The position numbers were made by a program, and so were the translations under genes. 64,000 bases of DNA from an uncultured Gammaproteobacteria bacterium (GTDB taxonomy: Bacteria; Pseudomonadota; Gammaproteobacteria; UBA9214): NCBI GenBank assembly GCA_963827755.1, contig CAWHCQ010000010.1, forward strand, positions 1,999 to 65,998. The letters run 5' to 3'. Below are positions 30,648-41,684 of the stretch, one piece after another (position 1 is the first letter of the stretch; every line of letters begins with the position of its first letter). The notes under the pieces were generated by a model. That model was not told the DNA's origin. It saw nothing but the letters and a program-made list of their open reading frames with translations, and did not search any database.

Positions 30648-30727
30648 GGTAGGATGGGTAAAGCGTAGCGTACCCATCGGGTATGGCTCTGACGGGTACG
30701 TCGCTTCGCTCCTTTACCCATCCTACC
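30648..30727. repeat. REPIN-like imperfect palindrome (GTAGGATGGGTAAAG class)
   Basis: GGTAGGATGGGTAAAG (30648-30663) pairs with CTTTACCCATCCTACC (30712-30727). The inner arms CGTAGCGTACCC / GGGTACGTCGCTTCGC are partly complementary. Confidence 0.7.
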
Positions 30728-30809
30728 TCCCTACCAATGGATAAATAAGAACCCTCTTAACGGGCACACCATGGCTTGTCACTTCTGAAAGAATCAATAT
30801 TTCCTGATC

Positions 30810-31796
30810 ATGCGACCAACCCTCCTGTTCACCGCATTACTGCTGGCGACCCTGGCCAGCTTCCTGTTCAGCCTGTCGAGCGGCACGGTCGAGATCGGCT
30901 GGCAGGAACTGCTGGCGTCCATTGGCGAAGGCACAGGGGGACTTGCCGAACGGGTAATCATCGAACTGCGCTGGCCGCGGACCGCGGCGGCATTTACGAC
31001 CGGCGCCCTGCTGGCACTTGCCGGCGGCCTGATGCAGGTGCTGTTGCGCAACCCGCTCGCGGATCCCTACGTGCTCGGTGTGTCCGGTGGCGCGGCGACA
31101 GGTGCGCTGCTGGCGCTGCTGTTCGGCCTTGGCGCCCTGTGGCTGCAGGGCGCGGCATTTGCCGGTGCACTGTTCTCCATGGCGCTGGTATTCGGCCTGT
31201 CACACGGGCGCGGCAGCTGGACAGGCAGCCGGCTTTTACTGACCGGGGTCGTGGTCGCTGCCGGCTGGGGCGCCTGCATTGGTTTTATCCTCGCGCTCAG
31301 TCCCGAACAGGGCCTGCGCGGCATGCTCTTCTGGTTAATGGGCGACCTGGGTTATGCCACGGTGCCGTACACGGGGTTTGCCATTCTGGTCGTCGGCCTG
31401 CTGGCGGCGATTGCCATTGCGCGTTCGCTGAATATCCTGACGCACGGTGAACTGGCGGCGGCCTCTCTGGGCGTGCGCATCAGGCCGTTACGGCGTTTCA
31501 TCTATTTACTGGCCTCCCTGCTGACCGCCACCGCCGTCACCCTGGCCGGCACCATCGGCTTTGTCGGCCTGATCGTGCCACACATGTTGCGCCTCATGGG
31601 TGTGCGTGACCAGCGCATACTTTTACCGGCCGCGTCACTGCTGGGCGGCAGCCTGCTGATCGTTGCAGATACCCTCGCACGCACCCTGCTGGCACCCCGG
31701 CAGTTACCGGTGGGCATACTCACGGCACTGATCGGCGTACCCCTGTTCCTGGCACTGCTGCATCACAGCCGCACACTCCACGGCGACGAGCACTAG
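30810..31796 (+). CDS. FecCD-family ABC permease (BtuC/HmuU-like; likely cobalamin or iron-chelate import)
   Basis: 328 aa; ~9 TM helices; C-terminal PVGILTALIGVPLFLALL typical of the family. Confidence 0.8.
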   Translation: MRPTLLFTALLLATLASFLFSLSSGTVEIGWQELLASIGEGTGGLAERVIIELRWPRTAAAFTTGALLALAGGLMQVLLRNPLADPYVLGVSGGAATGALLALLFGLGALWLQGAAFAGALFSMALVFGLSHGRGSWTGSRLLLTGVVVAAGWGACIGFILALSPEQGLRGMLFWLMGDLGYATVPYTGFAILVVGLLAAIAIARSLNILTHGELAAASLGVRIRPLRRFIYLLASLLTATAVTLAGTIGFVGLIVPHMLRLMGVRDQRILLPAASLLGGSLLIVADTLARTLLAPRQLPVGILTALIGVPLFLALLHHSRTLHGDEH

Positions 31797-31799
31797 CCC

Positions 31800-32567
<768 letters not shown>

Positions 32568-32635
32568 GCACGAAAGGACTGCAATAACAGAGTTTCCTTG
32601 ACTTGCGTGCGTCCCGCCCGTACAGTTTCCGCAGC

Positions 32636-32828
32636 TTAGTTTCAGGTGTCCCACGGACCTCCGTCCAAGGGATGAAACGGGAAGCCGGTGCGTCAACACA
32701 ATGACAAGTCCGGCGCTGCCCCCGCAACGGTAAGCGAGCATAGGTGAATCGAATATACCACTGCGCATGACGCGGGAAGGTGATTCACCGGGTACCAACC
32801 CGCTCGCAAGCCCGGAGACCGGCCTGAA
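32636..32828 (+). promoter_or_regulatory. cobalamin (B12) riboswitch preceding btuB
   Basis: Conserved blocks AACGGGAAGCCGGTG, GCTGCCCCCGCAACGGTAAG, CCACTG...GGGAAGGTG, and a B12 box AGCCCGGAGACCGGCC (32809-32824). It ends ~110 nt upstream of the receptor start. Confidence 0.85.
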
Positions 32829-32937
32829 ACCACATGCATGTATCGCGAGGGGCGATGCTGGCAGTGGAATACTTCTTCCTGTCATTGTCATTCTCCTTCT
32901 GCACTGATCAAACTTCAGCACGGGGTCGTGCTGTGGC

Positions 32938-35051
32938 ATGGAGAAGACAATGACAATCCGTTCCGTTATCGTGATGCAGATCCTGCTTGCAGGACTGTGT
33001 TGCGGCAATGCCGCTGCAAATACCCTGTCATCCGGCAATATCCTGGTCACCGCCACACGCATTAACACCGGGGGGCTCGGTGCCCGCGGTCATACCACGG
33101 TGATTACCGCGGAGGATATCGGGAAAAGCACGGCACGCACCCTGCCGGAACTGCTGGGCCGTGAGGCCGGCGTTGTTACACGCAGCCTGTTCGGCAATAA
33201 CGGCACCGGTGCCACGGTTGATATTCGCGGCTTCGGCGCGGCGTCGAGTCAAAACACCCTGATCCTGCTGGACGGACGACGCCTGAATGACGTGGATTTT
33301 TCCAGCGTTGATTTCAGCGTCATACCCCTGCAAAGCATCGAGCGTATCGAGATCATGCGCAACAGCGGCGCGGTACTCTATGGTGATGGCGCGATTGGCG
33401 GCACCATCAACATCATCACCCGGCATCCGCTGGAAAGCGGCACAGACGGCTTTCATCAAGGCAGGTGCAGGCAACCTGGATAGCCGGCAAGTGGACGCGC
33501 ATGCAAGCCACAGCAGCGGCCCGCTTGCCGTGTTTCTCGGCGCACATGGCGCCGGAAGTGACGGCTACCGCGACCACAACGACCTGGACCAGCGCAGCGT
33601 CAACGCCGACATCCGCTACACGCGTGATAACGGCGAATTATTTCTCAAGCTTTATGGTTTTGAACAGGACCTCGATCTTCCGGGCGAGCGCAAGGTCAAT
33701 CCGGGAACCGGGATCAACGAACTCAAGTCCGACCGCAGGGGTACCGGCACCCCGCGAGACTTCGGCAACCAGGATGGCTACGTGATCAATCCCGGTTATA
33801 CCCACTACTGGGAGAATGGCAGCGAGGCCGTGTTCGATTTCAGTTACCGTCACAAGAACCAGCAGGCCTTTTATGATGATTACCTGTTTGGCGGCTTGTT
33901 TGCCAGCCACCTGGATACCGATCTCGATACCTGGTCATTCACACCACGCATCCACCAGCCCCACCGTCTGCTTGGCAGACAGGCAACAACCACTGCGGGC
34001 ATTGATTATTACAACAGTGACTACCATTCCGACCGTTCATTAAATCCTGCAACAGACAGCGCACCCATACATCAACTGGATGCCGAGCAGAAATCCACCG
34101 CCGTGTATGCCGATACAGTGATTGCTGCCAGTGAAGACATCACGCTTAACCTGGGTGCCCGCCTGCAATGGGTAAAACTGGAGGCCAGAGACCGTTTCGA
34201 TCCGACCGCACCGGGTGCCGATCCCGTTTCCGATGGTCCGGCACCGCGCCTGTCCGACAGTCAGCGGGTACACATGCTGGAGGCCGGTATCGAGAAACAG
34301 ATCAACCCGGCCACGGCTGCCTATATCAAGTTTACCCGCAGCGCCCGCGTGACCACTGTGGACGAGATGTTTGAGTCGAGGTTTTTCTTTGACCCGGCCA
34401 CGTTTGCCTTCACGGGAACCAGGATATTCTCGCCACTGGACCCGCAGACCGCTAACGGCCTTGATATCGGCACCCGCTATGACACTGGCAAACTGTCGCT
34501 CAATGCCAATGCCTATTACATGCGGCTGAAAAACGAGATCCACTTCAACCCGATCACCTTTGAGAATATCAACCTTGATCCGACGAAACGCTACGGGATT
34601 GAATTAGGCGCCGCCATTGATCTTACAGACCGGTTACGCCTGCAAGGTAATTACACCTGGATGCGCGCCAGGTTCCGCGACGGACCATTCTCCGGAAACA
34701 ATGTACCCCTGGTCCCGGAAAACACGGCCAGCCTGGCAGCGAGCTGGGAACAGTCGGCAAACACTGAATACAGGGTTGCAGTCAATTACACCGGCGAAAA
34801 ATACTTCGATAATGACCAGGCCAACAGCTTCGGCAGAAAGATCCCTGCCTACACCACGGTCGATGCCAGGGCCAGCCACCATGCTTGCGGGATTCCAGCT
34901 GGGCGTCGAGGTCAACAATATATTTGAAGAAGAGGCTATCGACTACGGTGTCAGCAGCGTATCCACCGCCGGTGTGTACAATGCCTATCCATTACCGGAA
35001 CGGACTATACTGTTCACCGTTTCCAGGGCACTCGGCCGCAACAATCAATGA
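32938..35051 (+). pseudogene. btuB: TonB-dependent vitamin B12 receptor, two frameshifts
   Basis: Signal peptide; TonB box NILVTATR; plug domain in ORF 32938..33483. Barrel in ORF 33287..34927, with the break near 33450. The last strands are in ORF 34617..35051 (...AYPLPERTILFTVS), with the break near 34870. A riboswitch lies upstream. Confidence 0.8.
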
Positions 35052-35724
35052 GTCTTCACTTTAAATGGTTCCTGGCATTATCTGTGGCAGCACATGCCGC
35101 AGTCATGTTCGCCTGGGTAGCGCCGCTGCCCGACACCGGCAAACCGGGACAGGTTCTACTGCTGGATATCACGGAGCAAGCGGGCCAGAGCACACCCCTC
35201 GCAGCGACTGACGCTGCGAGCGGGCAGCGCCCGCCCGATACCACAGCAAAAGAGCCGGCTCCGCCGCATAAACCTGTTTCAGCAGGCCGCCGTGCAACCG
35301 CTGAACAGCCTCTCGGGGCAAGCACGGAGCCAGCGGACACCCGGCGATCAGATCCGGGCGATGCGGACAATACAAAATCCGGCCGCTGCGGCAACCCTTG
35401 CCGCGCAGCAGCCCCCGCCCCAGCCATGAAGAATCCGACCGGCACCTGCGCGACAGCGTGCTGCGACTGGTCACGCAGCGACTCAGCTACCCGGCCATTG
35501 CGCGTCGCAAGGGTTGGCAGGGGGTTGTCACCCTGGAACTGCATATCGAACCCGACGGCCTGATTTCAGACCTGCAGGTCAACGAGACGTCCGGCTACCC
35601 TGCACTGGACCACGCCGCGGTGAAATCACTGCAACTGGCCAGCATACCCGGTGCCGGAGCATGGCTGCATGGCCGGAGCATCGACATGCTGGTACCGGTT
35701 GAATATCGGCTGCTGGACAGCTGA
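35048..35724 (+). pseudogene. tonB: TonB family energy transducer, one frameshift
   Basis: N-terminal TM WFLALSVAAHAAVMFAW and a Pro-rich linker are in ORF 35048..35563. The TonB C-terminal domain YPAIARRKGWQGVVTLELHIEPDGLISDLQVNETSGYPALD is in ORF 35398..35724. Confidence 0.65.
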
Positions 35725-36297
35725 ATGGGCAACCGGCTCTCAAAGATATACACGCGCACCGGCGATGACGGCACCACCGGCCTTGGTGACGGTTCACGCG
35801 TTGCCAAGGACGATCCGCGAGTCGAGGCCATGGGTGCGGTTGACGAACTGAACTGCGCCATCGGGGTCCTGCTTGCCCATGAACTGCCGGTAGCTGTCCA
35901 GCTTTCACTGACCGGCATCCAGCACAGGCTGTTTGATCTCGGCGGCGAACTCTGCATCCCCGATACCAGCTGCATCACGGATGAACACGTTGCAGGGCTG
36001 GAACAGTTACTCGATGAACTCAATGCAGACCTGCCGGCCCTGAAGGAATTCATCCTGCCGGGCGGCTCCGCGGCCGCGGCGGCCTGCCACCTGGCCCGTG
36101 CCATCTGCCGTCGCGCCGAACGGCGTACCCACAGCCTCGGCAAGCAGGCAGGCATCAACCCGGCTTCCCTGAAATACCTGAACCGGCTCTCCGACCTGCT
36201 GTTTGTGATGGCCCGGCACCTGAACAAACAGGCCGGTGTAGCCGATGTTTTCTGGAAGCATGAAAAGAAAGGTGAGAGAGTGAGAAGTGAGAAGTGA
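35725..36297 (+). CDS. PduO-type ATP:cob(I)alamin adenosyltransferase
   Basis: 190 aa; IYTRTGDDGTTGL, DPRVEAMGAVDELN, FILPGGS. The last residues GERVRSEK and the stop are encoded by element E3. Confidence 0.85.
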   Translation: MGNRLSKIYTRTGDDGTTGLGDGSRVAKDDPRVEAMGAVDELNCAIGVLLAHELPVAVQLSLTGIQHRLFDLGGELCIPDTSCITDEHVAGLEQLLDELNADLPALKEFILPGGSAAAAACHLARAICRRAERRTHSLGKQAGINPASLKYLNRLSDLLFVMARHLNKQAGVADVFWKHEKKGERVRSEK

Positions 36298-36489
36298 AGA
36301 GTGAAGAAGTGAAGGTGAAGAATACGGAAGAAGTGAAAAGTAAGATGCTTAAGAATGATTTTCGTGTACTTCACGTGGATTCCGTGGCTATTACTACTTC
36401 ACTCTTCACTTCTTACTTCTCACTCTTCACTTCTCTTCACTTCTCACTTCTCACTTCTCACTTCTCACTTCTCACTTCTCACTTTCTCA
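36272..36489. repeat. heptamer-hairpin element E3 with a half core (TTTTCGTGTACTTCACGTGGATTCCGTGGCTAT, 36359-36391)
   Basis: Left arm 36272-36322 (GTGAGAG/GTGAGAA/GTGAAGA units). Right arm 36393-36489, ending in 5 near-perfect TCACTTC units. Confidence 0.93.
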
Positions 36490-37409
36490 AGAATTCCGCA
36501 CAAACGTTCAACCCCGTCCAGTATCCGCGGCGTTTGCCGCACCAGCAGTTCCCGCTGGATTGCGTACAGCTGGTTTGATTTCACCGCGGACAGCTCCGGC
36601 CAGCGGCGCCACGCCTCCAGCATGCTGTTATCACCGGCATCGACAGCGGTAACGATGACATCCGGATTGGCAACGAGCACGGCCTCGATGTCGATTTGTG
36701 GCGCCAGTGCCGGCAGTGCCGCAAAGACATTGCGCCCGCCGCATAACTGCATCACGTCACTGACCAGGTGTTCACCGTTCAAGGTCATCAGCGGGTTTTC
36801 CCATACCTGGTAAAACACGCCGACTTCAGGGCGTCGTGCATAGCGACTGCGCAGCCCTTCAAGCCGCTGTTCAAATGCAGCCGCCTGTGCCCCGGCTGCC
36901 GTACCTGTGGCAGCCAGCTCGCCCAGCTTCCTGAGCGTGACCGCGATATCCTCCAGCCGGCGTGGTTCGGAGAGAAACACGGTCATCCCGAGTGACTGCA
37001 GGCGCCGCACCTGCCGATCCGGGTTGCCGCTCTGCCAGGCAACCACCAGGTCCGGCTGCAGGGCAAGTACGGCCTCCATGTCAAGGCTGCCACCGTCACT
37101 GATGCGCGGAAGCGTTTCTGCATTCGGCGGGTAGTTACTGTAGGCGGACACACCGACGATGGAACTGCCTGCACCGGCGGCAAACAGCAGTTCCGTGATG
37201 TGCGGCGACAGGCTGACGATACGCCGCGCGGGATGCTGCAGTACGACCTGCTGCCCTGCATCGTCGCTCACCCGGATCTCCGGCCACGCCGGCGTACTCG
37301 ACCAGCCGGTCATCAACAACAGGAATAGGACAGGCAAATACCATGTCCAGCCCGCATTGCTGTATAGGCAAAACTGATGCTTGAAGGATTTTTCTGAATT
37401 TAAAAACAT
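36465..37409 (-). CDS. periplasmic cobalamin/iron-chelate binding protein (BtuF-like); start uncertain
   Basis: RRIVSLSPHITELLFAAGAG, PDLVVAW, NPDVIVT are cluster-A binding-protein motifs. The C-terminal ...EKVRSEK and stop are encoded by E3. The ORF is open to 37481. Confidence 0.7.
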   Translation of the reverse strand: MFLNSEKSFKHQFCLYSNAGWTWYLPVLFLLLMTGWSSTPAWPEIRVSDDAGQQVVLQHPARRIVSLSPHITELLFAAGAGSSIVGVSAYSNYPPNAETLPRISDGGSLDMEAVLALQPDLVVAWQSGNPDRQVRRLQSLGMTVFLSEPRRLEDIAVTLRKLGELAATGTAAGAQAAAFEQRLEGLRSRYARRPEVGVFYQVWENPLMTLNGEHLVSDVMQLCGGRNVFAALPALAPQIDIEAVLVANPDVIVTAVDAGDNSMLEAWRRWPELSAVKSNQLYAIQRELLVRQTPRILDGVERLCGILEKVRSEK

Positions 37410-37656
37410 GCAGACCTGACCATTGCACGAGCCGGGATCGATGATAACGGCCTGAAAACTCCTCATCGGCGCTCCGGGCATCCTGCCTCCCGCGACACTT
37501 GTGCGTCCTTGTACATCGGCCAGTTCCCGGAGGGAGAAGGGATTCTCTTTTGCTATGACGAGTGATGTGTCATCTCCTGTGTACTATTAATATGACAAAC
37601 GGCTTTCCTGGATGCGTTATAATCCCGCGTCCCAACAGCAGACACAAGCAGGAACA

Positions 37657-38421
37657 ATGAAATCACCGGTCATAATTATCGGCATCGGGGAAATGGGCGG
37701 CGTTTTTGCACGCGGCCTGCTGCGCGCCGGCCACCCGGTCTACCCGGCAACCCGCAAAACAGATCTGGCAGAACTGGCCCGGCAATTACCCGCCCCGGAG
37801 CTGGTGCTGGTTGCCGTTGCCGAAAATGACCTGCACGCGACACTGGAACAGATACCGGCCTCATGGCAATCGCGTATCGCACTCTTGCAAAACGAATTAC
37901 TGCCGGCTGACTGGGAACCCTACGGCCTGGTTCAGCCAACGGTGATCTCCGTCTGGTTCGAGAAGAAAAAAGGCCAGGACGTCAAGGTACTGATCCCCTC
38001 CCCGGTCTATGGCCCCGCCGCCGGCTTGTTGCAGGAATGCCTGGGGATGCTCGACATCCCGGTGTGTGTGCTGGAAACTGCAGCCGAACTGCTGCTGGAA
38101 CTGGTGATAAAGAATGTCTACATCATCACCACCAACTGCGCCGGCCTGGTAACCGGCGGAACGGTGAGTGAGCTCTGGGCAAACCACCGCGAACTCGCTG
38201 AAGGCATTGCCCGCGAGGTCATACAGATACAGGAATCACTGGTGGGTGATGACTTGCCGGCCGATGCCCTGATCAAGGGCATGCTAAAGGCCTTTGCGGG
38301 CGATCCCGATCACGGCTGCACGGGTCGCAGTGCACCGGCGCGGCTGGCCCGTGCCCTGCAACAGGCCGATGCAAGCGGTCTGGAAGTACCGCAACTGAGG
38401 AAGATTGCGGCAAGCCTGTAG
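37657..38421 (+). CDS. NAD(P)-binding (Rossmann-like) protein of unknown function
   Basis: Start at ATG 37657 after AGGAACA. VIIIGIGEMGGVFARGLLRAGHPV dinucleotide-binding motif. Confidence 0.45.
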   Translation: MKSPVIIIGIGEMGGVFARGLLRAGHPVYPATRKTDLAELARQLPAPELVLVAVAENDLHATLEQIPASWQSRIALLQNELLPADWEPYGLVQPTVISVWFEKKKGQDVKVLIPSPVYGPAAGLLQECLGMLDIPVCVLETAAELLLELVIKNVYIITTNCAGLVTGGTVSELWANHRELAEGIAREVIQIQESLVGDDLPADALIKGMLKAFAGDPDHGCTGRSAPARLARALQQADASGLEVPQLRKIAASL

Positions 38422-38469
38422 CCACATACCTTCATCGCGGATGCTGACTCCGCTGCCGTGCACTATCGG

Positions 38470-38560
38470 GTAGGAGCGCCTTGCAGGCGCGATTGGTTGT
38501 CTAGTCTATCGCCCGCAGGGCGAAACAAAGCCAATCGAGGATCAGATCCGCTCCTGCAGG
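38470..38560. repeat. cluster of REP-like palindromes (GTAGGAGC class)
   Basis: GTAGGAGCGCCTTGCAGGCGCGAT (38470-38493), ATCGCCCGCAGGGCGA, and an inverted head CCGCTCCTGCA. Confidence 0.6.
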
Positions 38561-39478
38561 ACCGTGGCGAAAGCCGGTCACGCACACAGGCCATAACCAG
38601 GCGGCGCCGCGGACACCGCTGGCGTCACCGTGCATGGCCGGCACCAGCCGGGTCTCCACACTGTCCGAGAAAACGTATTGGCCCCACAGCGCGGGAACGT
38701 CCCTGTAGAGCGATGCAATATTGGAAACACCGCCGCCAAGCACGATCACATCCGGATCGATCACGTTGATGACAGTCGCCAGTGCGCGTGCCATCCGGTC
38801 CGAGTATCGCGCCATGCTCTGCCTCGACTTCGCATCCCCCAGCTCGGCACATTGGGCAATGCTGACAGGCTGCATGCTTACCCCGTGCGCGTGGTAATGG
38901 TCACGCACCAGGCCGGGGCCGGACAACCAGGTCTCGATACAGCCGGACAGGCCGCAATAACATTCAGGCCCCGGCAACTCGTCCTGCTGTGGCCATGGCA
39001 AGGGGTTGTGTCCCCATTCGCCGGCAATGCCGTTGGGACCATTGACCGGTTTGCCGTTGACCACAATCCCGCCACCGGTCCCGGTACCGATAATCACCCC
39101 GAAAACAACCGCCGCGCCCGCTGCGGCACCATCGGTGGCCTCCGACAGGGCAAAGCAATCCGCATCATTGGCAAACCGCACGTCACGCCCCAGCATCGAT
39201 TCGAGATCGCGATACAGGGGCTTGCCATTCAGACACACCGAGTTGGAGTTCTTCACCAGCCCGTTTGCCCGCGACCGGGAGCCCGGCATGCCGACACCGA
39301 CCGAACACGCTTGCGCAACAGACTGCTCAAGCACAGCAACCAGCTCGACAATGGCCGCGAGCGTAGCCTGGTAGTCGTCTTGCGGGGTGGCAACACGTTC
39401 ACGCGCCAGTTCCGCACCATCCCCGGCAAGCACGATGCCTTCGATCTTTGTGCCACCCAGATCGATGCCAATACGCAT
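38501..39478 (-). CDS. ROK family sugar kinase (N-acetylglucosamine kinase / fructokinase-like)
   Basis: MRIGIDLGGTKIEG; Zn motif CYCGLSGCIETWLSG; ...GVRGAAWLW. It is followed by ~28 extra codons that run into the REP cluster. Confidence 0.8.
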   Translation of the reverse strand: MRIGIDLGGTKIEGIVLAGDGAELARERVATPQDDYQATLAAIVELVAVLEQSVAQACSVGVGMPGSRSRANGLVKNSNSVCLNGKPLYRDLESMLGRDVRFANDADCFALSEATDGAAAGAAVVFGVIIGTGTGGGIVVNGKPVNGPNGIAGEWGHNPLPWPQQDELPGPECYCGLSGCIETWLSGPGLVRDHYHAHGVSMQPVSIAQCAELGDAKSRQSMARYSDRMARALATVINVIDPDVIVLGGGVSNIASLYRDVPALWGQYVFSDSVETRLVPAMHGDASGVRGAAWLWPVCVTGFRHGPAGADLILDWLCFALRAID

Positions 39479-39480
39479 CG

Positions 39481-40089
39481 CTAGCGACTCACGCCGTGCT
39501 GAATGAGCTTGATGGATCGCTCGCCATCGGTAGCCAGGCGGGTCATACCTGCGTTGGCAACATGTATGCGGTACATGGCCAGTGGTGGAATTTTCAAAAC
39601 GATGGCGATGATTGCCCTTATCACCCCGGCGTGCGCAACGACCAGCAGTGATTGCCCGGCAAAGCGCGCCAGCAGTTCGGCAAAAGCACTGTCAACCCGG
39701 GACATAAACGCATCCAGCGGTTCGGCACCCGGCGGGCGCTGGTTAACCGGGTCCTGGTAGAAGCGTGCGAGCTGTCCCGGAAACAGCTGCTCCACTTCCT
39801 CACGGGTCTTGCCTTCCCAGGCACCGAAGCCCACCTCCGCAAAGCGCGGCTCGGTGTGTACCGGCAGTCCATGCCGCTCACCGAGCAAGTCGGCAAAGGC
39901 CCGGCAACGCTGCAAGGGTGAAGTGATGATCTGCTGCCAGTCATTGTCATCGCCCACGGCTTGCCACATCTGCTGCCAGCCTTTCTCGCTGAGCGCATCA
40001 TCCACTTGCCCGCGGTAACGGCTGCCGCCAAGCGGTTCGCCATGACGCAACAGGTTGATGGTAGTTTCACTGTTCGGCAAAACGCCCAC
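39481..40089 (-). CDS. histidine phosphatase family protein (possible alpha-ribazole phosphatase CobC)
   Basis: 202 aa; LLRHGEP catalytic RHG motif; VVAHAGVIR second His motif. Confidence 0.7.
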   Translation of the reverse strand: MGVLPNSETTINLLRHGEPLGGSRYRGQVDDALSEKGWQQMWQAVGDDNDWQQIITSPLQRCRAFADLLGERHGLPVHTEPRFAEVGFGAWEGKTREEVEQLFPGQLARFYQDPVNQRPPGAEPLDAFMSRVDSAFAELLARFAGQSLLVVAHAGVIRAIIAIVLKIPPLAMYRIHVANAGMTRLATDGERSIKLIQHGVSR

Positions 40090-40100
40090 CCTTCCGGACT

Positions 40101-40658
40101 TCAGGACTGCAGCGCGGCAAGGCGGGCATGCAGCCGCTGCCAGTCAAAGGCCGCGCCCGGATCGGTCTTGCGGTGCGCCGCGATATCACAGTGCCCGGCA
40201 ATGCGTTCTGCAGACAACCCCGGGTAGACTGCAATCAGTTCGTGAATGACTTCCGCCAGGCGCTCGTACTGCAGCACGGTGTAGGGCACGCTATCCTCGC
40301 CCTCCAGTTCAATACCGATCGAGAAATCGTTACAGGCCGGCCGACCTTCATAACAGGACTCGCCGGCATGCCAGGCGCGCTTTGAAAAAGGCACATACTG
40401 GACCAGTTCGCCGTCGCGCCGGATCAACAGGTGGCTGGACACCTGCAAATGAGCAATTTCGGAAAAATAGTCATGCTCATCCGGGTCAAGACAGTTGGTA
40501 AAGAACCGGTCTATGCAGGGCCCCCCGTACTCACCCGGCGGCAGACTGATGCCGTGGATGACAATAAGGCCTATCGCACAGCCGGCCGGCCGCTCATCAA
40601 AATTGGGCGAAGGCACCTGCCGTGCCGTTAACAAGGTGTTTCCTGTTGGGTCTATCAT
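40101..40658 (-). CDS. ampD: 1,6-anhydro-N-acetylmuramyl-L-alanine amidase
   Basis: Start at ATG 40658 (MIDPTGNTL...). SPNFDERP, IVIHGISLPPGEYGG, SSHLLIRRDGELVQYV, AWHAGES, NDFSIGIELEG. Confidence 0.85.
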   Translation of the reverse strand: MIDPTGNTLLTARQVPSPNFDERPAGCAIGLIVIHGISLPPGEYGGPCIDRFFTNCLDPDEHDYFSEIAHLQVSSHLLIRRDGELVQYVPFSKRAWHAGESCYEGRPACNDFSIGIELEGEDSVPYTVLQYERLAEVIHELIAVYPGLSAERIAGHCDIAAHRKTDPGAAFDWQRLHARLAALQS

Positions 40659-40851
40659 CACAGTCAAACCGACCAAGGGCGTAAATGCAGCTTCAGATAA
40701 TACCCTGTCAGCCGCCAGAAATGGATGTGCAACAGGGTTGTTTTTCCTGTGATTACACCAAATCCGGCAGCCACGGCAAGCCGGCCGCACACAAGCGCCG
40801 CCAATCGGCTAGAATAATCACCTCAAAAATCTCAGACGTAATGGAGCCGCA

Positions 40852-41520
40852 GTGAAAAACGCACTTCTTCTTGTATCCCTCTTGCTGGTACTCACGGGCA
40901 ACGCGGTCGCCGAAACCCGCTATATCAGCGACCGCCTTGAAATCACCATGCGCAGCGGCAAGGGTACCGCCTATGGCATTACCCGTATGCTGCGCAGCGG
41001 CACACCGGTTGAGGTACTCGATGTCGACAAAGACTCCGGTTACAGCCATGTACGCACCAGCAGCGGCAAGGATGGCTATGTGCTTTCCCGCTTCCTGATG
41101 AAGGGCCAGGCCGCACGCGACCTGTTGGCGACTGCCGAAAAAAACCTTGCCGAAATGGAACTCGAGAACAGCAAGATGGCCGCCACGATTGCCGCACTCA
41201 CACAGGAGAAGAACGCACTCGATAAGAGCCTGGCCGCCCTGGATGGCGAAGCCCGCAACGTCAGCCAGGAACTCTCCGAGATCAAGCGCACCGCCTCAAG
41301 CGCCCTTGCCCTCGACTCCGAGAACAAGAACCTGAAAGGCCGGGTAGTGTCACTGGAAAGGCAGCTGCAGACCCTGCACCAGGAAAATGAAAGCCTCAAG
41401 GACCGGACTGCGCGTGACTGGTTTATGGTGGGTGCCGCCGTAGTACTGCTGGGGATTATTACCGGACTGATCATTCCCCGCATCCGGTTCCGCAAGAAGG
41501 CCGCCTGGGATACGTTTTGA
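40852..41520 (+). CDS. SH3 domain protein with coiled coil and C-terminal TM (TIGR04211/YgiM-like)
   Basis: 222 aa; signal peptide; RYISDRLEITMRSGKGTAYGITRMLRSGTPVEVL; long coiled coil; C-terminal TM WFMVGAAVVLLGIITGLII. Confidence 0.75.
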   Translation: MKNALLLVSLLLVLTGNAVAETRYISDRLEITMRSGKGTAYGITRMLRSGTPVEVLDVDKDSGYSHVRTSSGKDGYVLSRFLMKGQAARDLLATAEKNLAEMELENSKMAATIAALTQEKNALDKSLAALDGEARNVSQELSEIKRTASSALALDSENKNLKGRVVSLERQLQTLHQENESLKDRTARDWFMVGAAVVLLGIITGLIIPRIRFRKKAAWDTF

Positions 41521-41525
41521 AAAAA

Positions 41526-41684
41526 GGTGAGAAGTGAGAAGTGAAAGTGAAAAGTGAAAAGTGAGGAGTGAAAGTGAAGAAGCGGGGTGAAGTTGGCTGT
41601 TACGTCGATAGCGAACCACTCATCTATTCTCACTTCTTCACTTCTCACTTCTCACTTCTCACCTCTCACTTCTCACTTCTCACT
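41526..41684. repeat. heptamer-hairpin element E4 (no GTGGATTCCGTGG core)
   Basis: Left arm 41526-41592 (GTGAGAA x2, then GTGAAAG/GTGAAAA/GTGAGGA variants). Spacer 41593-41626. Right arm 41627-41684. Confidence 0.93.

Noticed and set aside
35595-36374. 259-aa minus-strand ORF overlapping the adenosyltransferase gene and E3
   Set aside because: It is antisense to a well-supported PduO-type gene. Its N-terminus is merely a translation of heptamer repeats (HFFTLHFSLLTL).
36294-36813. ORFs with [16 protein letters not shown] repeats (also 41587-41940, 61257-62006, 62748-63656)
   Set aside because: (TTCTCAC)n is open in all three frames, so the ORF finder extends through the repeat arm into neighbouring antisense sequence. 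These are not protein-coding.
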